Position numbers and translations under genes: made by a program. 64,000 nucleotides of DNA from Candidatus Culexmicrobium cathedralense. GTDB taxonomy: Archaea; Thermoproteota; Methanomethylicia; Culexarchaeales; Culexmicrobiaceae. The notes under the pieces are model-generated. The model did not search any database and had not been told where the DNA came from. It saw nothing but the letters and a program-made list of their open reading frames with translations. The stretch spans positions 256,001 to 320,000 of the forward strand of contig JANZKC010000001.1 in the NCBI GenBank assembly GCA_025061115.1, written 5' to 3'. Below are positions 20,146 through 30,856 of the stretch, piece after piece. The number at the start of each line of letters is the position of its first letter. Position 1 is the first letter of the stretch.

Positions 20146-20412
20146 ATGCCGGAAGCATTTATTGTTATGAATGTAAAGTTAGGCTTAGAAGAGGAAACAC
20201 TTAATGAAATTCTCAAAATTGAAGGAGTTGAGGAAGCATACACAGTGTATGGAGTTTATGACATAGTTGCCAAGGTTAAGGCTGAAACTCTAAATAAGCT
20301 TAAGAAAATAGTTACCTGGAAGATTAGGCGACTTAGCAGCATAATGTCCACAACAACAATGGTAGTAATCGAGGGGCGGAAAAAGACCAGCATAATTTCA
20401 GTTGCAAAATAA
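20146..20412 (+). CDS. Stand-alone Lrp/AsnC ligand-binding domain protein
   Basis: VEEAYTVYGVYDIVAKV; no N-terminal HTH. Confidence 0.88.
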   Translation: MPEAFIVMNVKLGLEEETLNEILKIEGVEEAYTVYGVYDIVAKVKAETLNKLKKIVTWKIRRLSSIMSTTTMVVIEGRKKTSIISVAK

Positions 20413-20526
20413 ATTAAATGTCAAGTCAGAGAAATTCAATTAAGTATATGGGAGATTACTTTATGAGCAATAATACTAAGTACTACATATTGGAGATTAA
20501 AACCTAATCCATTAGATGGTGATACA

Positions 20527-21006
20527 TTGAAAATAATGAGTGAGCAAGAATCCTTGGAACTCCTTAGAAAAGCCAGAGTTGGAAGAATTGGGGTAATTTT
20601 AGGTCCTCAGCCATACATAGTGCCAGTATTCTTCACATACCATAGAGGAAGAATCGTCTTCTACACGCAAAAAAGAGGCGCAAAACTTGAAGGAATACTA
20701 AGCAATCCATACATATGCTTGCAAGTGGACAGCATACCTGAAGGAGAAGGAGAAGCAAAAAGCGTATTAGTATTTGGAAAAGCGGAAGTTGTAAGAGATC
20801 CTGATGAAAAGGCAGAAGCGATAAAGGCACTCGTTAACAAGTACATGGAGTACCACGATATACGCAGAAACATTAATGAGGAGGCCATAAGCCTCCCCGA
20901 GGATGAATTCTATAAGGAAAGCCTAAGGAAAGTTACGGTGATAGCCATCATCCCAAGGAAAATAACTGGAAGAAAAATGAAGATAGAATCTCCAAGAGTT
21001 GAGTAA
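20527..21006 (+). CDS. Pyridoxamine 5'-phosphate oxidase family (NimA-like) flavin-binding protein
   Basis: VGRIG, PYIVPV, GAK...NPYICLQVD, SVLVFGKA, ITGRK. Confidence 0.87.
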   Translation: MKIMSEQESLELLRKARVGRIGVILGPQPYIVPVFFTYHRGRIVFYTQKRGAKLEGILSNPYICLQVDSIPEGEGEAKSVLVFGKAEVVRDPDEKAEAIKALVNKYMEYHDIRRNINEEAISLPEDEFYKESLRKVTVIAIIPRKITGRKMKIESPRVE

Positions 21007-21137
21007 AACAAGAAGACGCCAAAGCTAAATAAATCTTAAAGAGGTAACTCGCACCATGATGCATCTTGCAGTCAATTAAGTAAAATCAATTCAAATTAAA
21101 TGTTAATCATGGAAAACATCCTCAGCACCATCGCCCA

Positions 21138-21602
21138 CTAGCCCTTTTGCAGGAAAGCCTGTATTTCAGCTATCCTCTTATCAATGCTCCTCCTTATCTC
21201 CAGAAGAATCTCCCTCTCCTTCTCCATGAAACTCCTGAAAACTTCCTCATCTATCTCTTCTCTTTCAATTATAGGCATGGTATCTTCAATTAGCTTAACA
21301 ATGCTAGCCAAAATATTCCTAATTCTGCTTGCATGATTCTTTAGCAGCAACTTACCCTTTGAGGTTAATGTATATATCTTTCTGGTCCTCCCACCGTAGT
21401 TCTTCTCCCTACTCTTAACGTAACCCTCTTTCTTCAACTTCTCAAGCAAAGGATATATTGTGCCAGGAGAAGCTCTAATTCCCCTTTGAGTAATCATCCT
21501 TAACTTCAGCATAATTCCATAGCCATGAAGCTCTTCCCTAGCTAGAAGCAGAAGTATCAGCATAGTGAGAATTAAGCCTCGTAAACTATCCCTTGCTACC
21601 AA
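21138..21602 (-). CDS. PadR family transcriptional regulator
   Basis: HGYGIM, SPGTIYPLL, RKIYTLTSKG. Confidence 0.92.
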   Translation of the reverse strand: MVARDSLRGLILTMLILLLLAREELHGYGIMLKLRMITQRGIRASPGTIYPLLEKLKKEGYVKSREKNYGGRTRKIYTLTSKGKLLLKNHASRIRNILASIVKLIEDTMPIIEREEIDEEVFRSFMEKEREILLEIRRSIDKRIAEIQAFLQKG

Positions 21603-21646
21603 CCCAACTCCCTTCCCAATATTTTCGGAGAAAAATATATAAATAA

Positions 21647-21678
21647 ATCGATAATCGATATATCGGGGAACGATATAT
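21647..21678. promoter_or_regulatory. Putative PadR operator in the divergent promoter
   Basis: Perfect palindrome CGATATATCG (21656-21665), ATCGAT at 21647 and 21654, CGATATAT at 21671, all in the 74-bp gap. Confidence 0.55.
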
Positions 21679-23209
21679 GAATAATCTGTGCAAAATTTTA
21701 TTAGCGATTCTCGCGCTTACCGCATTTGCTCAGCCAATTTTGCAACCCCCCACTGTAGTTCATGCTGCAAGCAGCATAGTTCTACGAACATTCACGTTCA
21801 ATTGGAATGATACTCTCATGAAATTAGACGTATATTATTATGCTGAAGTTAAAGCAAACACCTTCAGCTGGATAAACGTCAGCATAACTCCAGTCGACTT
21901 CGGTTCAGCAAAGAAGATTAGAATAGACGTTATTCAAGTAGAAATTTCAGACACAGTAATTTCAATAACAGCACTACCATTCAAAACAATGTATTGGAAA
22001 AACTCAGATTACAAAGCCTCCTTCAAGCTCAACTTCTCAGATCCCAGCTTCAAAAACATTGCTCCAGGAAACACCGCAGAGTACAATTTGGTAATCAGAG
22101 TTAGAGGAACCCTATGGGATTCGGATAATAATAAGTTCACATATAATTTCGAGGGAAGTGCACCAATATACATTGAATCTCCAGTAGTAGACCTATACTC
22201 AAAAATATATATTTTAGGCGAAGCTGTAGAAGATGGTCAAGTAGACGTTTTGGTTGAGATAATCAATGTTGGAGTTGAATCCGCATCCAACCTTAAAATC
22301 GAAGTGGAGTGCGACGCAATAGACTTCAAGACGCCAACCACAATACGCCTCCCAATAACGCTAAATCCAGGAGAATCCATTAACGTGAGCTTCTCAGGCA
22401 CCTTTGAGGAAATGGGTGGCTGGATAGTAAAAGCATACATCACATTCCTCAACACTGCAGGATACAATTCCTCTCTAACCATTTCGAAGCTAGTAGATGT
22501 AAAGGGACTCTCAAGAATAGAGTTGTACGGAAACTTCAGTCAAGGCAACTTAAATTTATGGGGAAGACTCATTCCACCAAGAATTGGAGCTTCAGCAACA
22601 ATTCTCATGTCGAAAGATGGATTCAACTGGACAAACTTAGCAGTCTTAGATTTGGAGACAACAGGATACTTCCAATACAACATAAAACTGCCATACAAAG
22701 GAAACTACTTCTTCAAGGCAACATGGAGCGGAGACAACGAATACCTGCCGTCAACAAGCAATATTCTAGAAGTCCAGGTTACAAAGAACCTTTTAGAACT
22801 CCTACTAATAGCTCCAACATATAGTGAAGTTAAGCCAGGCGAAAAACTGCCCTTAACCATCAAAACCAACATCAACCCACCTCTAAATAAAACTCCAATC
22901 ATAATCATGGGAAAATTCGAGGAGGGCCCCCACTGGCAACCCCTAAAAGAAATAATATTAAATTCAAGTGAAGTGTCATTCAACATAACAGTACCAAAAA
23001 ATGCCGAAATTGTAGACATCAAGGCAGTAATCTGCGAAAACGAGAATTATTACCAATCGGAGTCAAACATCATTCACCTTAATATAGCTGCAGAAACTCC
23101 GATCTATTACAAACCTACATTCATGCTGCCAGCAATTGGAATTGCAATACTAATAGCATTGGTGGTGATCCTAATTGGCAGGCATAAGCATATTAAAATA
23201 CTGCCTTAA
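21677..23209 (+). CDS. Membrane-anchored surface protein with CARDB/Ig-like domains
   Basis: Signal peptide, LNPGESINVSF, ATWSGDNEYLPSTS, C-terminal TM. Confidence 0.75.
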   Translation: MNNLCKILLAILALTAFAQPILQPPTVVHAASSIVLRTFTFNWNDTLMKLDVYYYAEVKANTFSWINVSITPVDFGSAKKIRIDVIQVEISDTVISITALPFKTMYWKNSDYKASFKLNFSDPSFKNIAPGNTAEYNLVIRVRGTLWDSDNNKFTYNFEGSAPIYIESPVVDLYSKIYILGEAVEDGQVDVLVEIINVGVESASNLKIEVECDAIDFKTPTTIRLPITLNPGESINVSFSGTFEEMGGWIVKAYITFLNTAGYNSSLTISKLVDVKGLSRIELYGNFSQGNLNLWGRLIPPRIGASATILMSKDGFNWTNLAVLDLETTGYFQYNIKLPYKGNYFFKATWSGDNEYLPSTSNILEVQVTKNLLELLLIAPTYSEVKPGEKLPLTIKTNINPPLNKTPIIIMGKFEEGPHWQPLKEIILNSSEVSFNITVPKNAEIVDIKAVICENENYYQSESNIIHLNIAAETPIYYKPTFMLPAIGIAILIALVVILIGRHKHIKILP

Positions 23210-24329
23210 ATTCGCTTGGAACGACATTTCAACAAGAAAGACGAGGGCAGCCTTAACTATAATCGGAATTTCAGTCGGCATCTCGGCCCTAGTCGCACTA
23301 ATGTCGATAATGGGAGGAATGAGATATCAAGTCGAAGAAAGACTCAACAGGTACTTTGGAGTGGGAGTAAGATTAAGCGGCAAGAGCGGAATCGAAGTAC
23401 CAGAACACATGGCAGACACCATCAAGCTAATGAGCATAGTATGCGACGCATACCCAACAATTTCAAGTTCAGGGCTAGTTGCAGGAGCAAATGCATTCAT
23501 ACTTGGAATACCCGCAGAAAAAATAGATGACTACCTCTCAACAGTCCAGCTAATTTCAGGAGAAAAATTGACTGAGGAGGATTCAGGCTGCATACTAGTA
23601 TCAAATAGCTTAATGAACAGGAAAGGATTGAAGATCGGCGATAAAGTAGAGGTTTACGCTCCAACAAGCGGAAAAAAGGAGTACTACATCATTAAAGGCG
23701 TATTCGACCCAGGAATATCCTTTGGAAATATAGGATTAGCAGTAATAAAGTTCAAGGACGCTCAAAAGCTATTCGAAGCCGAAGGCTACGCATCAGAAAT
23801 CGTCATAAAGTTAAGCTCGAACGACCAAGTAGACTCCTTCGTCAACTACTTAAAGCAAGTATTTCCAGAAGCAAAGATAACCACATCAAAGGAAATAATA
23901 TCACGAATAAATGAAATACTGGATATAATCAACGTAACACTCCTAACAATAGCCTCAATAAGCCTAATAGTTGCAGCACTCAGCGTAATGAATACAATCA
24001 TGATGGTCGTGAGAGACAGAATTAGGGAAATAGGAATCCTCAAAGCCATAGGAGCTACTAGAAGCCATGTCCTCTCAATATTCCTAGGCGAGGCATTCAT
24101 TCTAAGCGCAATTGGAGGCATTATTGGAATTATTGGAGGAGCAGTAACGTCGTACATACTGTCAAATGCCTTTGGAAACTTAACCAACATCTACATCACG
24201 CCAATGATCTCAATAGAGTACGTGGCAAGCGGAATAGCAATCTCAATAATTGTAGGAATACTCTCAGGATTCTACCCCTCATGGAGGGGAGCAAATATAA
24301 GGCCAATAGAGGCGTTGAAATATGAATAG
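23175..24329 (+). CDS. MacB/FtsX-type ABC transporter permease
   Basis: [40 protein letters not shown]; GGTGA RBS before TTG. Confidence 0.92.
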   Translation: MAGISILKYCLKFAWNDISTRKTRAALTIIGISVGISALVALMSIMGGMRYQVEERLNRYFGVGVRLSGKSGIEVPEHMADTIKLMSIVCDAYPTISSSGLVAGANAFILGIPAEKIDDYLSTVQLISGEKLTEEDSGCILVSNSLMNRKGLKIGDKVEVYAPTSGKKEYYIIKGVFDPGISFGNIGLAVIKFKDAQKLFEAEGYASEIVIKLSSNDQVDSFVNYLKQVFPEAKITTSKEIISRINEILDIINVTLLTIASISLIVAALSVMNTIMMVVRDRIREIGILKAIGATRSHVLSIFLGEAFILSAIGGIIGIIGGAVTSYILSNAFGNLTNIYITPMISIEYVASGIAISIIVGILSGFYPSWRGANIRPIEALKYE

Positions 24330-25224
24330 GGAAATTGCAATCGAACTAGTAAACGTGAAGAAAACATACTATTTATCAGAAAACATAAAGGTTGAGGCAA
24401 TTAGAGGAATCTCATTAAAAGTTTATAGAGGAGACTTCATATCAATCATGGGGCCCTCAGGATCAGGAAAAACAACCCTCCTAAACCTAATTGGAACAAT
24501 GGATAAACCTACATCCGGCAGAGTCATAATTGAGGGAATAGACGTAACAGATCTGCCGGAATCCCAGCTAGCTCCAATAAGAAGAGAAAAAATTGGCTTC
24601 GTATTCCAAGCGTACAATTTGATCACAACCCTAACCGCACTGGAAAACGTGATGCTTCCAATGCTCCTAACCGGCAAATATAGCGAAGATGAAGCTGAAG
24701 AAAGAGCCTTCAAACTCCTAAGCCTAGTAGGGCTAGAGGACAGAGCGCATCACAGGCCAAACCAGCTTAGCGGAGGACAACAACAGAGAGTAGCAATTGC
24801 AAGAGCACTAGCAAACGATCCCTCCTTCATCCTAATGGACGAGCCAACTGGAGCGATAGATACAATTACAGGTTCAAAGCTAATGGCCCTAGTCAAAATA
24901 TTAAATCAAACCTTTGGGCAAACATTCATAGTTGTAACCCACAATCCATCAGTAGCAAAAACGGCACAAAAAATATACTTTATTCGCGACGGCCTATTGT
25001 ATAAAAGCTCCAGCAAAGACATTTACAACTTCAACATCACCCTATCAAGAGATGAAATAACAAGAATATTAAATGCGCAGCTTAAGCTCCTACTCACAGA
25101 CCTAAAATCGCTGAAAAGAAGATTTAGGGAAGGCAAAGTTAGAGAGGAAAATTACACGAAACTTAAAGGTGAATTGAAGAGAAAAATGAACATTCTCGAA
25201 GAGATGTTGAAAAATGAAAAATAG
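24322..25224 (+). CDS. LolD/MacB-type ABC ATPase with C-terminal helical extension
   Basis: [24 protein letters not shown]; about 70 extra C-terminal residues. Confidence 0.93.
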   Translation: MNREIAIELVNVKKTYYLSENIKVEAIRGISLKVYRGDFISIMGPSGSGKTTLLNLIGTMDKPTSGRVIIEGIDVTDLPESQLAPIRREKIGFVFQAYNLITTLTALENVMLPMLLTGKYSEDEAEERAFKLLSLVGLEDRAHHRPNQLSGGQQQRVAIARALANDPSFILMDEPTGAIDTITGSKLMALVKILNQTFGQTFIVVTHNPSVAKTAQKIYFIRDGLLYKSSSKDIYNFNITLSRDEITRILNAQLKLLLTDLKSLKRRFREGKVREENYTKLKGELKRKMNILEEMLKNEK

Positions 25225-27229
25225 AAAAACACTCACCATAACGATATTAATCCTAATGCTCACAACCCTAATAATAAAGCCAATCCACGCAGTACGCCAG
25301 CCAACAATCATCAAAATAGAGAGATCGAAAACATGGAATGCAAAGATAAATGCCCTAAACGAGCTATATGAAACATACATTGAAGAGGAAATAAAAATAA
25401 AAAACAACTCCTCACGCAAAGTCACCCTAAACATCCACGCACTAGCTGAAAACATAATGCCAAGTAGCATAACATTCCAAGATAAAACTCCAACCCCAGA
25501 AATTCAAAAAATAACCAATGAAATAATCCTACTAACATGGAGAAAAGTGGAAATCCAGCCGGAAAGCACATTAAAATTAAAATATCAAGCAACACCCACT
25601 CAGGAATTCCCACTAAAAATTGAAAGATACATATACGTTAACAACAAGCTTGAAAAAATAGTGAAAAGCGGAGGAAGATATAAAGTCAAAGCTGAAATTG
25701 GAGATGCAATTTCAATATGCCTGAAACTCAAGAACAAGGCGAGCGAAATATTCATCAATGAAAAGCTAATCAAACCCCCAATATACCTGCAAGTAAGCAT
25801 AAGCTATGACGACTCCATATACGATTTAATTTCACCTGAAATCAAATCCCAATATGGATCTCCAAGTATAACTCTAACCTTAACCGAAACCCAATGGCTA
25901 AACATTACTCTAAAAGTACGGAGCCTAGGCTCATGGGGCGAAGTTGAACTTCCAGACATCACCATCTACGGATCAATAACCGCATCAACATATCAAGCAG
26001 CCTCATTAAAAGAGAGCATTGAAAGATTAAGCGGATTAATTAGCTACCTAAAATACATGGAGCTAATCCTCACAGCACTCAAAATATATGTAGAAGCATT
26101 TCCAGCTTTCTACTCAACCCAGCCAGCTCCAACCAACGCCTACACGATAATAGACATCATGGAAGCAAGCATAATTGAAACCCTAAATCAATATGAGGAA
26201 ACAGTAAACGAATACCAGCAAACCATAGAAAATATCACGAAACAACATCCATCATTAAGGGAACCATTATCGGACATCAATGAAACTCTCAACGAAATAG
26301 AAGAATCAATTAGGGAGACAAAAGAGCAAATATCCAGCAGCTTCACCCAACTTAGAAGCGCACTTCAGGCAATGCCGGAAGCACAGCCATCAGCAAGCCA
26401 ACTTCAACCCACAACCCAAGCCATAGACAACCTGCTAATCCAACTAACAAAATTCAGAGCTGAAGCTGAAAATCAAATGAACAACCTACTAAACCTACTA
26501 GGACTAATGGATTACCTAAACTCGGAATCGAACTACCCAAGAATATGGGCAACCCTCGGATACACCAGCAAAGACTACACATCCACCCACGTAAAGAAGG
26601 TAAACGAAGATTTATGGGCACTAGAAGAGGTAGAGCTGCTTCCCGGTATAGCAACTAGCAGCGGAGACAAAATATACCTACTATACATGATAATCCAAGT
26701 AAACAACTCGGAAATAACGTCAATTGAATATAAAGCCACTGAAGGCTGGAAACCCATAAGAGACCTAAAATCACTGAAAATTGAAAAGCAAAATGCAAAT
26801 ACAATCGTGATCCCAATATTCAAAGAAGTAGATTTGAAAAGCAGAACAATAATAAATGCGCTAGAACACCCAATAGTTGGAAAAATAAGAATCCTCCTAA
26901 CATCAGCCACAAAGCCAAACCTAAACATCAAAATCATAAAAGCAATAAAACCTGCATATGTAGCCTATGCCGCCAACGACAAATACAAGGTTATAATGAA
27001 AAACCTCCTCATATCATCCTTACCAACCTACAAGGAAATCAAGCCACCCCAAAAAGAAATCAAGGCAATAAACCAATACTACTATTACGCCGCAGCAGCA
27101 ACAGCCCTCCTACTCGCAGCAAGTTACATAATATGGAGAAGAAAACGGAAGAAAATAGAAAAGGAAGATGAGGAAATAGAGTACATGGAAAGAAAACTGG
27201 AAGAATTGATGAGCAAACTAAAAACCTAA
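25214..27229 (+). CDS. Large membrane-anchored protein with central coiled coil
   Basis: Signal peptide, beta-rich N-terminus, long heptad-like helical centre, C-terminal TM plus basic tail. Confidence 0.7.
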   Translation: MKNRKTLTITILILMLTTLIIKPIHAVRQPTIIKIERSKTWNAKINALNELYETYIEEEIKIKNNSSRKVTLNIHALAENIMPSSITFQDKTPTPEIQKITNEIILLTWRKVEIQPESTLKLKYQATPTQEFPLKIERYIYVNNKLEKIVKSGGRYKVKAEIGDAISICLKLKNKASEIFINEKLIKPPIYLQVSISYDDSIYDLISPEIKSQYGSPSITLTLTETQWLNITLKVRSLGSWGEVELPDITIYGSITASTYQAASLKESIERLSGLISYLKYMELILTALKIYVEAFPAFYSTQPAPTNAYTIIDIMEASIIETLNQYEETVNEYQQTIENITKQHPSLREPLSDINETLNEIEESIRETKEQISSSFTQLRSALQAMPEAQPSASQLQPTTQAIDNLLIQLTKFRAEAENQMNNLLNLLGLMDYLNSESNYPRIWATLGYTSKDYTSTHVKKVNEDLWALEEVELLPGIATSSGDKIYLLYMIIQVNNSEITSIEYKATEGWKPIRDLKSLKIEKQNANTIVIPIFKEVDLKSRTIINALEHPIVGKIRILLTSATKPNLNIKIIKAIKPAYVAYAANDKYKVIMKNLLISSLPTYKEIKPPQKEIKAINQYYYYAAAATALLLAASYIIWRRKRKKIEKEDEEIEYMERKLEELMSKLKT

Positions 27230-27328
27230 ATTCAAACCCAAAATTAAATTTGCAGACCCAGTCATCAATGAGCATACAATACGTCGATTATAAATAGTAA
27301 CAGCAGCGATAATTCTTCAGGTATTAAC

Positions 27329-28429
27329 ATGAAAATCAGTCAGGAAATTCTAAGAAAAAGATTACAAAAAATTCAAGACGTAATCGCCGAGAAAGAAATT
27401 GATGCAGTAATGCTAAGAACACTCTCAAGCTTCATATACTTCACGGGATTAAAGTGGCTAAGACCAGCACTATTAATACCGGCAGAAGGAGAGCCAATAG
27501 CATTCATAGCCCGCGGAGAAGAGGAAGGATTCACAAAGAGAACCTACATCAAAAACATAGTAACATTCATAGACGGAGGAGACCTAATGGCAAAAGTTTC
27601 AGGAACAATTAGAAGAGAAAAATACAAGGTTGTCGGACTAGAATTCAGCCTAGAAAGAGATGCGTACATACTTTTCTATGAAATGTTTAAGCGGCTAAAT
27701 CCAAGAGTTAAAGTCATCGATGTAAGCCAAATAATAGCTAAAATGAAAATGGAAAAAGATGACTACGAATTAAGCTACATCCGAAAAGCAGGAGAAATAG
27801 CTTCAAAAGCTATGAAAAAAGCCCTATCAACTATTGAGCCAGGCATGGCAGAAACAGAAATTGCAGCAGAACTCTACAGCACCCTATACAAGATGGGATG
27901 CGAGAAACCTCACGTGTACATTAATGTAGGCCCAGACCCAAGAGTACACACAGAACCCTTCAGAGACATAGTCGTAAAGAAAGGAGTATTCGTCACCATA
28001 ATAATTGGAGCAGACTACAACAGGTACTACGCAAACATGTCAAGAACAACCTACATTGGAAAACTCGAAGGAAGAGCGGAAAAAGCAGTTAAATGCATGA
28101 ACAAAGCCTACAAACTAGCATTAGAACTAACAAAGCCAGAAGTCAAATTCATAGACGTAATGAAAAAGCTAGATGAAGTATATGCTAAATATGAACTATT
28201 AAATAATAGACTCCTAGGCTACGTCCACGGAGTCGGCCTACAAATAGAAGAGCCACCAATAACAACAATAGTACCACAGCACAGACAAATGAAAGTAAAA
28301 ACAAGAATGGTCATAGCATTCATCCACGCACCAATAATGATGCAAGGCTTAGGCCAAGTAAAAAGAGAAGACACATTCATCGTCAAGGAAAACGGCGAAC
28401 TAGAAAATATAACCAAAACAATAATTTAA
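27329..28429 (+). CDS. M24 (Xaa-Pro peptidase/creatinase) family protein, metal ligands partly degenerate
   Basis: Creatinase-like N-domain, MSRT, HGVGL, REDT. Confidence 0.85.
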   Translation: MKISQEILRKRLQKIQDVIAEKEIDAVMLRTLSSFIYFTGLKWLRPALLIPAEGEPIAFIARGEEEGFTKRTYIKNIVTFIDGGDLMAKVSGTIRREKYKVVGLEFSLERDAYILFYEMFKRLNPRVKVIDVSQIIAKMKMEKDDYELSYIRKAGEIASKAMKKALSTIEPGMAETEIAAELYSTLYKMGCEKPHVYINVGPDPRVHTEPFRDIVVKKGVFVTIIIGADYNRYYANMSRTTYIGKLEGRAEKAVKCMNKAYKLALELTKPEVKFIDVMKKLDEVYAKYELLNNRLLGYVHGVGLQIEEPPITTIVPQHRQMKVKTRMVIAFIHAPIMMQGLGQVKREDTFIVKENGELENITKTII

Positions 28430-28499
28430 CTAAAAACACCCTCACAAAAGAACAAAAATAATATTTATAAAATTCAACCAGCACCTTCTCCATAATTAA

Positions 28500-28635
28500 A
28501 CTGAAATCCCAAAGCTTCATAACTCTCAAAACCCCTAGACAAGCTCCCAACAATTTTACGTCCAACAGCCAAGAAATCATTCGCCTATTAACTCTAATCA
28601 ACGGCGCAAAAAGCCTCAAAAAAGCAATCCTTTAA
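28500..28635 (-). pseudogene. Possible biotin/lipoate-protein ligase remnant
   Basis: One minus frame reads ANDFLAVGRKIVGS, resembling the ND...GRKIxG motif; short, with no usable start. Confidence 0.25.
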
Positions 28636-28843
28636 GGAAAATGCAAGAAATCGAAGATAAAGAAGCGTAAAAATACATGACATGCCTACAAGAAAGAAAA
28701 ATTGAATTCGATAAAGAATACTTAATTAACTTTATTAACTCAAGAGTAAAGAAAATTCTAAAATACTATTCCACAATTAAAAGCAACTTCTAAAATAAAT
28801 ATTAAAATAACATACAAATCTAAATAAAATAAAAAGATACTGG

Positions 28844-29095
28844 CTATTTACCTAATATAAGATCCAATATTTGAAAGGCAGTCTCCTCATCCTTCAAAAC
28901 AGCCTTACTATAAAATTCAGTGTAACCACACTTCCTACAAGTTACAGCCAAGTATTCATAACACTGTAAATCTATAAGCCTAGTAAAACCAGAACCTGTA
29001 AAAGCATGCTCATTAACATCCACATCACTACAACCACACTTAGGGCAAACCCATTTATCAAAAACTTTACGCCAATCAACCATCAAAATCACCAA
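28844..29095 (-). CDS. Zinc-ribbon protein (DUF2082-like)
   Basis: CPKCG...TGSGFTRLIDLQ...TCRKCGYTEFY. Confidence 0.85.
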   Translation of the reverse strand: MVILMVDWRKVFDKWVCPKCGCSDVDVNEHAFTGSGFTRLIDLQCYEYLAVTCRKCGYTEFYSKAVLKDEETAFQILDLILGK

Positions 29096-29279
29096 TAAAC
29101 ATTAAACTAAAATCGCTTAAAAAACCATATGCAATCGAAATTTAATACCGAATAAGCATATGTCAAAAAAGTTCGTCTCACAGCATTTTAAAGTGATTAT
29201 GATAAAAGCAGATAGGCACGCATCTTTTATTAAGATTAAGTTGCTATTGGGGATTGCTACTTATAGGAGTGTTAATGAT

Positions 29280-30092
29280 CTTTCAATTCTCTTTTAATGA
29301 GATTCAAGCAGAGCTTGAGAGTAAGATTGCTGAGCTGAGAAGAAAGCTTTCAATTCTCTTTTAATGAGATTCAAATTCAAATTCTAATCAATCGTTTAGC
29401 TGATGTTCAACTTTCAATTCTCTTTTAATGAGATTCTTCCAGTTGAAGAAGAGGTGGGTGAACTTTTGATTAGTTCACCTTTCAATTCTCTTTTAATGAG
29501 ATTCTTGTGATAGAGCCAGACATCTTTGAGTTATTCAACTATTTCTTTCAATTCTCTTTTAATGAGATTCTTAGCAGGCTAGACGATGAGAAGTTTGAGA
29601 CTTATGCACTTTCAATTCTCTTTTAATGAGATTCATTCGGTAAGTATGCAGTCTACACTACACCAGAGAGAGTTCTTTCAATTCTCTTTTAATGAGATTC
29701 TAGTCTCTCTATCTCACTCCTAGTTAAGAAGCAGACTTTCAATTCTCTTTTAATGAGATTCGTCCTCATTTTTTGGTCACCATACTCTTTTCTGTCCCTA
29801 CTTTCAATTCTCTTTTAATGAGATTCTTTCAGACCTGCTAATCCCAACCTATGACATTACTCTAGCTTTCAATTCTCTTTTAATGAGATTCAAAAAGAGA
29901 CATAAGATTAGATAACCATGATGAAAAAAATCTTTCAATTCTCTTTTAATGAGATTCGTGCTACTGATAAGCGCTATGGGACTTCAATTCCTGATGATCT
30001 TTCAATTCTCTTTTAATGAGATTCTGGAAGGGACAGAAGGTGATTAGGGATATGCCTAGAATGCACCTTTCAATTCTCTTTTAATGAGATTC
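29280..30092 (-). CRISPR. CRISPR array 1: 13 identical 26-nt repeats, 12 spacers, plus degenerate trailer repeat at about 29213-29238
   Basis: Plus-strand repeat CTTTCAATTCTCTTTTAATGAGATTC (minus strand ends ATTGAAAG); spacers about 35-42 nt; leader on the right. Confidence 0.98.
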
Positions 30093-30240
30093 TGAATGCT
30101 TATATATGGGGTATTTAAGGGATGCTCTAGTAGGACATGTACCTATTTCTCTGCTATATAGATTATCATTGTTTATCATTGCAGAGGTTTTGTGGGCTGA
30201 TGGTTTTTATGGTGGTTTTTCTGCGATGGTGCCGTTAGGA
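30093..30240 (-). promoter_or_regulatory. CRISPR leader 1
   Basis: Colinear similarity to 48174-48321; TATA-like TTAAATAC about 19-26 nt before the first repeat. Confidence 0.85.
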
Positions 30241-30241
30241 T

Positions 30242-30856
30242 TTATTGGACTACTATTGCTCTTTTTTCTTGTTGCTTTTCTCTGCAGTATTGGTTATATC
30301 CGCAGTTTGTGCATGTTTTGGGGTTTGGTTTTATTTTTGGTTCTTTTTCTGTTGCTATCATTTCATGTATTTTATTTATTATTTGTTTGACTTGTTTTTT
30401 GTCGGTGTTTGTTATGTTTATGGTTATTATTTTTCCTGCTCTTGCGTAGTATATTGTTGCTCTTTTTACTGTTGTTTTGTAGTTTTCTTCTATTAGTAGG
30501 GCGTACGCTGTTAGTTGTGCTTTGTGGTGTTTTTGTGCTTTTCCTGCTGGTGTAGGATCTGACCATTTAACTTCTATTGGTATGTATTCGTTGTGTTTCG
30601 TGATGATTATTGTGTCTAGTTTTCCTCTTAGTTTTAATGTTTTACTTTCTAGTTGGATTTCTTTTAGGATTTTTGTTGCTTTTAATTTTGGTATTATTGG
30701 GGCTATTGGGGGTTTGTCGTGGATTTCTCTTCCAATTTTCATTGCCTCTGTTTCGGGCTCGTATATGTGGAGCACGTGGGTATAGTATACTATCATTGGG
30801 CATAGGGCATAGTTTTTGACTTCAACAGTAGTTATGTAGGGTGAGTATTCGCTCAA
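30242..30856 (-). CDS. cas4: CRISPR-associated exonuclease Cas4
   Basis: N-terminal CP, GKLD, PIEVK, QLTAYALL, C-terminal CxxCxxxxxC. Confidence 0.95.
   Translation of the reverse strand: MSEYSPYITTVEVKNYALCPMIVYYTHVLHIYEPETEAMKIGREIHDKPPIAPIIPKLKATKILKEIQLESKTLKLRGKLDTIIITKHNEYIPIEVKWSDPTPAGKAQKHHKAQLTAYALLIEENYKTTVKRATIYYARAGKIITINITNTDKKQVKQIINKIHEMIATEKEPKIKPNPKTCTNCGYNQYCREKQQEKRAIVVQ

Noticed and set aside
30106-30819. Hydrophobic plus-strand ORFs opposite cas4 (also 56260-56697)
   Set aside because: Shadow ORFs produced by extreme G+T skew antisense to real genes.
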